A stretch of DNA of 64,000 nt from a virus. Where the stretch lies: IMG/VR virus record IMGVR_UViG_3300013901_000001; one strand, written 5' to 3'. This document shows positions 27,578 to 34,747 of the stretch, in pieces. Every line of letters starts with the position of its first letter. Position 1 is the first letter of the stretch. The notes beneath the pieces were generated by a model that did no database searches, was not told the DNA's origin, and saw nothing but the letters and a program-made list of their open reading frames with translations. The position numbers were made by a program, and so were the translations under genes.

Positions 27578-27612
27578 ACCACTAGCCAGTATTGGTTGGT
27601 GGTTTTTATTTT
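27578..27612 (+). terminator. intrinsic terminator
   Basis: 11-bp stem ACCACTAGCCA/TGGTTGGTGGT, GTAT loop, then TTTTATTTT. Confidence 0.75.
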
Positions 27613-27629
27613 GACAAAGGAGGTAGAAG

Positions 27630-27953
27630 ATGTATTTTACAGTAAACAATAATTCGTGGGTGCTGAAATTCGTATACCCACACAGCAAAGACTTAAAGAG
27701 AAGTGACGGTACTTACACGTTCGGAGTCACGGACAACTCCGTGAAAACCGTATTTATCATGCGTGGAATGTCTCCGGAAATGACCGAAAGGGTGTTATGC
27801 CACGAAATCACACACGTTTTCTGCTTCGAGAATGGTATTTCTATTCCGATTGAACTGGAAGAACGGCTATGTAACTTCATGGCTGATTATGGGAAAGAAA
27901 TCATTTATCTGTTGGATGATTTGTTGAAAAACATTGAGAGGATCGCAATATAA
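27630..27953 (+). CDS. small ImmA/IrrE-like zinc metallopeptidase (putative)
   Basis: HEITHV (HExxH) motif in a 107-aa protein. Confidence 0.45.
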   Translation: MYFTVNNNSWVLKFVYPHSKDLKRSDGTYTFGVTDNSVKTVFIMRGMSPEMTERVLCHEITHVFCFENGISIPIELEERLCNFMADYGKEIIYLLDDLLKNIERIAI

Positions 27954-28373
27954 GTAAAAATCGTAGTAATCGCGTACTAATGATTTTTAAGATTTTCCGT
28001 GAAAACCGATTTTCAAAAATCTCGGGAAAAACGCCAAAAAAAGATTCCACCCCAAAAAAGTCCGGGAGAAAAAAATTTCTTTCTTCCTCCCGGCTCCCTT
28101 TGTCAACAACAACGGCAATGCGATTATATTGTACCCATACCGACTACACACCGGCGCAACTCCGGCATCATACCGGCGTCAATACGGCGGTGGTTATGTA
28201 CGCTACTACATAGGGCGTATTTAAACGCGTAGAAATCCGTACACCGCACTAGAGGGGCACAATCAGACCATACAGACATAAATATATTATGGTATGGTAC
28301 AATGCCATAATAAAGCCTATCGGTGGCGTTGTCAAGGTGCTATCTGTTCTCAAGTGTGACAATCTGACACTTT

Positions 28374-28416
28374 TAACCACAATATATAGCAATCCCGGAT
28401 CGCAAGATATTGTATG
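28374..28416. repeat. 43-bp repeat, copy 2 (better palindrome)
   Basis: TAACCACAATATATAGCAATCCCGGATCGCAAGATATTGTATG; 17-nt arms around the central C match at 14/17. Confidence 0.85.
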
Positions 28417-28427
28417 ATTTTGAATAA

Positions 28428-28473
28428 AACCACCGCCCGGAATCGAACCGGGCAAGCATCCAATACGGTGGTT
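28428..28473 (-). other. tRNA-like minihelix 1 (8-bp acceptor-like stem plus perfect T-arm)
   Basis: Minus strand: AACCACCG-13 nt-CCCGG TTCGATT CCGGG-CGGTGGTT then TTTATT. Confidence 0.6.
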
Positions 28474-28585
28474 AACGCTCAAGTTCAAAGATCGCCCAAC
28501 GCAAAGCTGCGACCGCTTCGGCGTCCTTTTCTTTCTCCGCTCTTTCTAGCAGGGTGTACAATGTATCTAGCTTTTTTCTTTCCAT
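28472..28585 (-). CDS. 37-aa micro-ORF between two tRNA-like elements
   Basis: AGGAG 9 nt before the ATG; MERKKLDTLYTLLERAEKEKDAEAVAALRWAIFELER; its TAA lies inside the minihelix stem. Confidence 0.35.
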   Translation of the reverse strand: MERKKLDTLYTLLERAEKEKDAEAVAALRWAIFELER

Positions 28586-28616
28586 GGTTTCATACTCCTT
28601 TCTTTTATTTTGGATA

Positions 28617-28675
28617 TGGCAAAGCCGGGGAATCGAACCCCGGATAATACCGTCTATTCTTGCCTAGGCCAAGAT
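28617..28675 (-). other. tRNA-like element 2 (anticodon-arm-like hairpin, T-arm, acceptor 3' strand)
   Basis: Minus strand: TCTTG GCCTAGG CAAGA ...CCGGGG TTCGATT CCCCGG CTTTGCC A; no D-arm or matching 5' strand. Confidence 0.55.
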
Positions 28676-28706
28676 CATCCTAGCTGTACTATACACACAT
28701 TGACGG

Positions 28707-28937
28707 TTAAAACCGTGATGCTTGAAATCTCCAACGCTTGCGATTGTCTGTGCCGTGTTCGGATATTTCAAAAAAAAAAACCGTGAAATACTTGTCGAGC
28801 AGATCGTCCGGACACTCTAAACAGTTTATTGCGCCCTGGATCTCGTTCTTGTTGCTGTTCTGATAGATCCCGTCAATCTTCACGCCTTTTTCTTCTTGTA
28901 ATTGCTCTAATTTCTTTAGCATTTCGTATTTTGTCAT
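28707..28937 (-). CDS. hypothetical protein containing a T11 tract
   Basis: AAAGGAAG then ATG (28937); MTKYEMLKKLEQLQEE...; homopolymer at 28770-28780. Confidence 0.45.
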   Translation of the reverse strand: MTKYEMLKKLEQLQEEKGVKIDGIYQNSNKNEIQGAINCLECPDDLLDKYFTVFFFEISEHGTDNRKRWRFQASRF

Positions 28938-29017
28938 AATATTTTCTTCCTTTCTGCCCTGTCTCATCGGTACAGGTGGGGCGGTTCCTGTAGACGGTGG
29001 ATTTTCCACCGTTTCGA

Positions 29018-29188
29018 CTAAATTAATTTTCCGTAACCGAGAATTTTCTCGGCTTCTGGAATCGCAAAAAACATCGCTCTATATTTTGCAACGAAAGAGC
29101 ATTTATACACATTTCCGCTTTCGCATATGGCTAAAAAGTCGCCGTCTTTGTTTTCTTTTATAATGTCCTTAATACTGTAAAGATCCAT
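29018..29188 (-). CDS. small hypothetical protein (56 aa)
   Basis: AAAGGAG then ATG at 29188; below the ORF-track cutoff. Confidence 0.4.
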   Translation of the reverse strand: MDLYSIKDIIKENKDGDFLAICESGNVYKCSFVAKYRAMFFAIPEAEKILGYGKLI

Positions 29189-29270
29189 GATCTAAGTTCT
29201 CCTTTCGCTTGCTTGTCTCATCAGTGGCAAGGTTGCAACCCTACGCCAGACCGCCGAAGCGGTTTCGACT

Positions 29271-29468
29271 TTATGCACATAAAATATATACATAGTATTC
29301 ATCGTTTTCTTTGTATTCTGCTTCAACTTTTCTGTCGCCGTCTTCTGTTACAACATCACCGTTAAGGGTGTTATAATATCCAATCGAAAGACTTTTTAAA
29401 ATCTTTCTGATATTATCGTTTATGCTTCCGGTTTTCCATTCAAACTTTCCTATATACATTTTTTCCAT
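29271..29468 (-). CDS. hypothetical protein
   Basis: 65-aa ORF, first gene of the minus-strand operon. Confidence 0.45.
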   Translation of the reverse strand: MEKMYIGKFEWKTGSINDNIRKILKSLSIGYYNTLNGDVVTEDGDRKVEAEYKENDEYYVYILCA

Positions 29469-29644
29469 ATTGTTTTATCTCCTTTTTGGTTTGTTCTTTG
29501 TTATGGTCTTATTATATTGTAGTTATGTACATAACACAATAGGCAAGTTGCACAAAGTTGTGTACATAATATTGGTTGTTTTTGATATGTACATAACATT
29601 TTAATATTGCTACAATGATACCTGATAAAAAGGAGGTATTTCTA

Positions 29645-29830
29645 ATGGCAATAACAGAAGAAAGACGAAAATATTTATACGATTACCACAAGAACAACTT
29701 GAAGCGCGTGCCGCTTGATCTGCAATTATCAGACTATGAATTACTGAAAGCAGAAGCACAAAATGCCGGGGAATCGGTAAACGGTTTTATAAAACAGGCG
29801 ATAGCCGAAAAATTGGAACGAATGAATTAG
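29645..29830 (+). CDS. ribbon-helix-helix protein
   Basis: AAGGAGG then ATG 29645; LKRVPLDLQLSDYELLKAEAQNAGESVNGFIKQAI. Confidence 0.55.
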   Translation: MAITEERRKYLYDYHKNNLKRVPLDLQLSDYELLKAEAQNAGESVNGFIKQAIAEKLERMN

Positions 29831-29910
29831 GACGGGAAACCGCCCTTTTTCTTTGCGATTCTGGACGATAACGCTATATAGAATGTTATATAACAAGATA
29901 TATAATAAGC

Positions 29911-30005
29911 TATATAATAATTCATATATGGTAATTCTTATATAGTAATTCTGTATGATATTTACTATATAATAATTCTGTGTTATAATTACTATATAGT
30001 AATTC
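29911..30005. repeat. iteron array TATATA(A/G)TAATTC x4 at ~27-bp spacing
   Basis: Copies at 29911, 29939, 29966, 29993, plus degenerate half-copies between them. Confidence 0.8.
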
Positions 30006-30036
30006 ATATATAATAATCACAACAGGAGGTTTTACA

Positions 30037-30411
30037 ATGCCATTACCAAAATACGTTAAAAATGCGCAGAATAACTATAATTCTAAGTTTGATCTTGTGC
30101 AGATTAAACTACCAAAAGGAACAAAGGAAAAGATCCGGGAAATAATCAAAGAAAATGATACTATAAGCGGATTCTGTTTAAAAGCTGTCCTAAATGCAAT
30201 CGAAAACGGGGATCAGTTCAAAAAATACGACGAAAAGAAGCAACAGGACGAACTACAAGCCATGTTGGACGCTGCCAGGGCGAGACACGCAGCCAATAAT
30301 TACGAGGACAGTGAGCAGAAGCGCAGAGACACCATCGCGGCAGCTTCGGACATCAACGAAGGACTCGCTGACTACAAGAAACCCGACCCGGAGACCTACT
30401 TAAACGATTGA
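30037..30411 (+). CDS. ribbon-helix-helix protein with charged tail
   Basis: DLVQIKLPKGTKEKIREIIKENDTISGFCLKAVLNAIE; AGGAGG upstream. Confidence 0.5.
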   Translation: MPLPKYVKNAQNNYNSKFDLVQIKLPKGTKEKIREIIKENDTISGFCLKAVLNAIENGDQFKKYDEKKQQDELQAMLDAARARHAANNYEDSEQKRRDTIAAASDINEGLADYKKPDPETYLND

Positions 30412-30723
30412 AATTCGCTTTTAACCCCTTAGGTGGATAAATTATCAAGAAAAAATTATGCTACCTTGAAACACGATGTTAAGAGTCTTTAAAGCGGTCT
30501 TTAAGGTGACGATACCACCATAAGAGAAAACCGGACAATTTTTTCTCAACCCGGCACTTTTATTCCTGATCTCTGCCCCTATTATATTTATAACAGTAGT
30601 GTATATTAAAGGTCTCTGTATGTAAATTCTTGGCTACTCACTACAGTTTAGAAAAAATATAGATTATGAGGGGGAATAATGGCCGGAGTTGCGGATGCAA
30701 CCCGGAGCGCAGCGGAACATGGA

Positions 30724-30839
30724 GGATATAAATAAACATCTTTTCAGTTTATTTATATCCGACCGAGTGATAAATAAACATCTTTTCAGTTTATTTATCA
30801 CGAGTACAGATATTGAACATCTTTTCAGTTCAATATCTG
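30724..30839 (+). repeat. three tandem perfect hairpins sharing the loop ATCTTTTCA
   Basis: Stems of 14 bp (30724-30760), 13 bp (30767-30801), 12 bp (30807-30839); the third stem has an unrelated sequence. Confidence 0.9.
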
Positions 30840-30859
30840 AACACTACTGATATACCTAA

Positions 30860-30982
30860 ACAATCTCAACGTAAATAAAGCCAATAAACTATCGTTTAGC
30901 CAATACATTGTTTTTATAACACTCTCAACGTAAATACTACTAATAACTTACCGTGTAGCCAATAACTTATATTTATAACACC
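30860..30982. repeat. two ~59-nt tandem direct repeats (CTCAACGTAAATA...TAGCCAATA...TTTATAACAC)
   Basis: Units start at 30865 and 30924; roughly three quarters identical by eye. Confidence 0.7.
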
Positions 30983-31331
30983 ATTATTTACACTGTATAT
31001 ATTATATATAAAGGGAGTGCACTTAAAACCGACAGATTGTTGACGAAAATTAGTTGTTGCATCATTTCGGTATTTAGCGTATCGTTAAATCATAAGTTGA
31101 ACATCGAAAACCTAATATCGTACAACACACATTAGTTTTACCAGTTATACAAGTTTTATTTTTGTTTGATTTACCAAAAGATTTTTACAGTTTATAGTTA
31201 CACCATTTACGATTTGATTACATTTGATTACCAAGGAAGTGTTGAGGAATGGACGCGAATATATTTCTATGCGTTTATTTCTTGATGCTTCCTTTTTGTT
31301 TACCCAAAATGCCGAGAAAGGAATCGGAACG

Positions 31332-32111
31332 ATGAGCGAAGAAAAGAAAGTTGAAGTTGTCAGTTTTGCAGATCAGGTAGAAGCCGAATTTATCCGGCTT
31401 TATCAACAGTACCGCATAGCAGACGCCCCGGAGCGAAGAGTCCCGGACATGATCGACGCTATTTGGCCGAAGATCTACAAGAAGATCTTTGAACTGGACG
31501 AGTCCGAATCCTGGATCAATTGTAGCCATACCAGATTGAGAACTTGGAGATATTTAGACGTTGAATCTGTATGTGACACCTATATAAATCTTTGCCGTGT
31601 ATATGGTGGAAAGATAAAGATTAATTCTTTCTGTGAGTTAACCGGTATACATAGATATACTTTAGATCTATGGCACGAAAAGAATGTAAATAAAACCATT
31701 ATATTTGAATTATCTGAAAAGGATATAGAAAAAGAATATAAGGAGACAGTATATATATTTAATAATATAAATGGCGAGGATGTTGTAAGGAGGCCTGAAT
31801 GGAATGAGATGAGGCTAAGTACTAAAAGAATTGACGTGCGACAAAAAATTGTCACTGCCGCCCGTGAGCAGAGCCGAAACGCAAGGTCAATTGATACCGT
31901 CGGCAATATCCAGATGAGCAACAATGACGAAGAACTCGGTTTCCTGTATGATACTAAACGGGATTTCAGAAAGGAGAGCATCAGACAGGCGTTAACGGTG
32001 GATGATTTACCAAAACTGGGAAATCTTAACAGGAGCACAGAGATACAAGATATAGTATGTAACGCAATACCGAATACTACATATACGAAAATGACAGAAA
32101 ATAGCGAATAA
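31332..32111 (+). CDS. putative terminase small subunit / DNA-recognition protein
   Basis: Opens the late region after the repeat-dense stretch; HTH-like FCELTGIHRYTLDLW; assignment by position only. Confidence 0.35.
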   Translation: MSEEKKVEVVSFADQVEAEFIRLYQQYRIADAPERRVPDMIDAIWPKIYKKIFELDESESWINCSHTRLRTWRYLDVESVCDTYINLCRVYGGKIKINSFCELTGIHRYTLDLWHEKNVNKTIIFELSEKDIEKEYKETVYIFNNINGEDVVRRPEWNEMRLSTKRIDVRQKIVTAAREQSRNARSIDTVGNIQMSNNDEELGFLYDTKRDFRKESIRQALTVDDLPKLGNLNRSTEIQDIVCNAIPNTTYTKMTENSE

Positions 32112-32338
32112 AAATAGGGTATGGTCTATTTTTACGCATGAAAAATTGTGCAATATGACTAACGAATCCGGAATGACTCCTTGACCACCAGAAGCACCCG
32201 GGAGGGGGTTACACGGGAACCGCCGAAACCGCCCACTTAGCCCCTCAACCACCCCAAAAATCAAAAAGCCACTTATCCAAAACGGATAAACAAAGCAAGG
32301 ATAATCCAATTCTTAAAAATTTTTTAAAAACAAAAAAA

Positions 32339-32348
32339 GGGGGGGGGG
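32339..32348. repeat. G10 homopolymer preceded by A7, intergenic
   Basis: Read directly. Confidence 0.9.
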
Positions 32349-32391
32349 ATGAAATGAGAAAAATCACAGAAACACATACAGGGAAAGCTCC

Positions 32392-32422
32392 AAAATAAAA
32401 GACCTCTCCGAAGAGAAGTCCT
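32392..32422 (-). terminator. intrinsic terminator of the minus-strand RHH gene
   Basis: Minus strand GGACTTCTC-TTCG-GAGAGGTC then TTTTATTTT. Confidence 0.7.
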
Positions 32423-32428
32423 TTACAA

Positions 32429-32587
32429 TTATTTCCCAATGCTTTTTAAATAAGCATCCAGGGATTTATCCAATATTTTACTCATTGGTATGCTACTTTC
32501 ATCGGAATACTCCTTTAATCTCCGGTGTATTTCCTTGTCAAGAGAACTTGAAATGAAAATACGGTTTTTTAATCTTCTGTCAGCCAT
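32429..32587 (-). CDS. ribbon-helix-helix protein (52 aa), divergent from the recombinase
   Basis: AGGAGGTGATTAC then ATG; NRIFISSSLDKEIHRRLKEYSDESSIPMSKILDKSLDAYL. Confidence 0.55.
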   Translation of the reverse strand: MADRRLKNRIFISSSLDKEIHRRLKEYSDESSIPMSKILDKSLDAYLKSIGK

Positions 32588-32713
32588 GTAATCACCTCCT
32601 TTGGTGGATTATACAATAAAATTCCATACAGTTCAATAAGCTACTTGAAATTTCATTTGAAATGCTATATACTTATAGAAAAGTACATAAGCATTTATGA
32701 AAAGGATTGAACT

Positions 32714-33298
32714 ATGAAGATTGGATATGTAAGAGTTTCAACAGTGGATCAGAATGAAGATCGACAGATTGAAGGACTTGAAAAGTATGGGATTGAAAAG
32801 TGGTACATGGAAAAGGTTTCTGGAAAAAACATGAACCGGGAACAATTACAGGAAATGCTTTCCTGCATAAAAGAAGGAGATACGGTTTACGTACATGATT
32901 TTAGCCGATTGGCAAGAAGCACCAAGGATTTGTTGGAAATTGTAGAATCCCTTAATAAAAAGAGCGTGCACCTTGTAAGCAATAAGGAAAACATTGATAC
33001 ATCTACTCCACAAGGAAAATTGATGGTGACAATGCTTGCTGCAATTTATGAGTTTGAGCGAACTAATATGCTTGAACGTCAGGCAGAGGGAATTGAAATT
33101 GCAAAGAGAAAAAAGGTTTACAAGGGAAGAAAGCCGAAAGATATTTCCAGAGAGCAAGTAATTGACGGTCTTAAGAGATACAAAGCCGGACTTGTTACGA
33201 AAAAGGATCTTGCAAAAGAAATCGGGGTTTCGATCCCCACACTTAACAAGAACTTTGATGAATTTGATTTTTGGAACAGTGAAGATGGTGAAGAATGA
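32714..33298 (+). CDS. small serine recombinase (resolvase/invertase family)
   Basis: MKIGYVRVSTVDQNEDRQ...DFSRLARS...C-terminal HTH; 194 aa. Confidence 0.85.
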   Translation: MKIGYVRVSTVDQNEDRQIEGLEKYGIEKWYMEKVSGKNMNREQLQEMLSCIKEGDTVYVHDFSRLARSTKDLLEIVESLNKKSVHLVSNKENIDTSTPQGKLMVTMLAAIYEFERTNMLERQAEGIEIAKRKKVYKGRKPKDISREQVIDGLKRYKAGLVTKKDLAKEIGVSIPTLNKNFDEFDFWNSEDGEE

Positions 33299-33441
33299 AA
33301 GTTTTTGGAAAAGAAATAAACGATGAATGTAAAAACTGCGGAAAGATTCTTGAATGCGAATTGTTCCGTCAAGGTCACGGGATTGGCGTTGAGCGTACCA
33401 ACGTATCAGAAATGGTGCGCTGCCAACTAGACCACTATCAA

Positions 33442-33514
33442 AGGGATATCGCCAAGCGGTAAAGGCACAGGATTTTGATTCCTGTATTCGTGGGTTCGAA
33501 TCCCACTATCCCCG
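33442..33514 (+). tRNA. tRNA-Gln (anticodon UUG), no encoded CCA
   Basis: Cloverleaf folded by hand: TCGCCAAGCGGTAAAGGCA D-arm, CAGGA-TTTTGAT-TCCTG, GTGGG-TTCGAAT-CCCAC. Close to my recollection of E. coli tRNA-Gln. Position 1-72 is A-C. Confidence 0.8.
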
Positions 33515-33559
33515 TTTGGGTTACTTGTTTCATAACCCATGACATTTTTCTCCTTTATA

Positions 33560-33830
33560 CGTAAACCCACTAGCGGAAGGCTGTTAAGGATCGTCACAAG
33601 ATCCGGTGGGATTTCTATGGATAGTGCATTCCATAACCGTAAAGACGGACACCAAAGAAATCCTTTCTAAGTGTGAAATAGCTAGTGCCGGTTCAGATGC
33701 ACGGAGCCGGTGCGCATGGATAGTATGCAAACGGGCAAGCAGGAGGTCGAAAGACCAGATCAGCATTGCAAGGTTCGAGTCCTTGCCTATCCATTCTCCG
33801 TAAGGCCATACGGAGCCTAGGAGCCAGTCA
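33560..33830 (+). ncRNA. candidate structured RNA (GC-rich, multiple hairpins, tRNA-like module); family unknown
   Basis: Hairpins 33589-33605, 33617-33634, 33796-33815. TGGATAG...GCAAGG TTCGAGT CCTTGC CTATCCA at 33716-33794. Only junk-like ORFs on both strands. Confidence 0.4.
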
Positions 33831-33982
33831 TAGATCTGTTGCAAGCGAAAATGACGGTGAAAAACTTTATTCGTGGAGATAAGGAGAAAACGTGAGACAA
33901 CATATCCGTTTGGTAGCGAATAGCATTCTTGAAGTTTCAAATGGGTTTATAGGGAATGCCATGGAAAGGGAGTGATTGAGGA

Positions 33983-34747
33983 ATGATCTTGAATTGCATA
34001 AACTGTGGTGCACCGATTGATAATACAAAAACAAAATGCCCGTATTGCGACACTCCATATAAGTTAAATGGATTTGCTGGTGAGATTTCAGAGGAAAGTA
34101 ACTGCGGAGTGTTGAATATAGGCGGTCATTTCTACGATGACTATTTGTCCAGTGTAGAGGTAGGGGATTACGGATACATGGGATATAGGGATGCCACAGG
34201 AAGGTCGATAAGAGAAGTAAGAAACATTCACAGAACGTTACGTTGGAGACTTACTAACATGATGATAAATATTTTGTTTCTTGTGGATTCAATAGAAGAC
34301 GCTGCATTAGAAACATACATAACTGAAAATGTCGTGAAAGATAAACGAGGGATTTTTGACATTGATTACGAATATGCGATGATAAGCATTAATAACATAA
34401 AAGTGTGGTTTTGCGCTCCAGAAGCTGAAAGATGCATTTCTCCAATATTGTTTTGTGATTGTGTAGTTGTAGATGTAAATACGGCTAAAGGAATTTTGGA
34501 AAAAGAAAATCTGCAAAGAATGCGTAAAACGATACCGTTTTATGACAGATCTTGTTTTTATAAGACAATGATTGACGAATGGGAGAGGAAGAACGTGAAA
34601 AAGAGTATTATTGACCGTTGGAAGAAGCATGGAGAATTTACAAGGCGTTGCATGATAGCCGGATTTTCAAAAGATTTTATTCCTACACGGTTTGAATATG
34701 CAATTACAGGCACTAAACTTCATAAGTTAATCTATGGGAGAAACTAA
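33983..34747 (+). CDS. zinc-ribbon N-terminal hypothetical protein
   Basis: CINCGAP..CPYCDTPY; 254 aa. Confidence 0.5.
   Translation: MILNCINCGAPIDNTKTKCPYCDTPYKLNGFAGEISEESNCGVLNIGGHFYDDYLSSVEVGDYGYMGYRDATGRSIREVRNIHRTLRWRLTNMMINILFLVDSIEDAALETYITENVVKDKRGIFDIDYEYAMISINNIKVWFCAPEAERCISPILFCDCVVVDVNTAKGILEKENLQRMRKTIPFYDRSCFYKTMIDEWERKNVKKSIIDRWKKHGEFTRRCMIAGFSKDFIPTRFEYAITGTKLHKLIYGRN

Noticed and set aside
27980-28647. ORFs 27980..28213, 27999..28232, 28249..28488, 28414..28647
   Set aside because: They are mutually overlapping, have low-complexity or proline/arginine-rich translations, and lack an RBS. They span the 43-bp repeat and the tRNA-like elements. I treat the region as non-coding.
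28428-28675. tmRNA (tRNA-like ends plus internal tag ORF), or an amber-suppressor tRNA (loop GCCTAGG, anticodon CUA)
   Set aside because: Each element carries both strands of its own acceptor-like stem. There are no pseudoknots and no alanine-type tag end. Element 2 lacks a D-arm and a matching 5' acceptor strand, and it has C rather than U at position 33.
29741-30007. Minus-strand ORF with YYIV/ILYN repeats
   Set aside because: It is a translation of the AT-rich iteron array and overlaps the end of the RHH gene.
30724-30839. Mini CRISPR array
   Set aside because: Only three palindromic units are present, separated by 5-6 nt rather than spacers of ~30 nt. The conserved part is the loop, not the stem.
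33296-33463. 55-aa zinc-ribbon-like ORF starting at the recombinase stop
   Set aside because: Its 3' end overlaps the first 22 nt of tRNA-Gln. It is possible but unsupported, so it is not listed as a feature.
33617-33794. tmRNA or a second functional tRNA next to tRNA-Gln
   Set aside because: The acceptor and T-arm are plausible, but the anticodon arm is replaced by a GAAA tetraloop hairpin. The D-stem is poor and there is no tag reading frame.
33584-34058. ORFs 33584..33940 (-), 33606..33803 (+), 33867..34058 (-)
   Set aside because: They overlap each other in a GC-rich hairpin-dense block, lack an RBS and have implausible composition. An RNA element is more likely.
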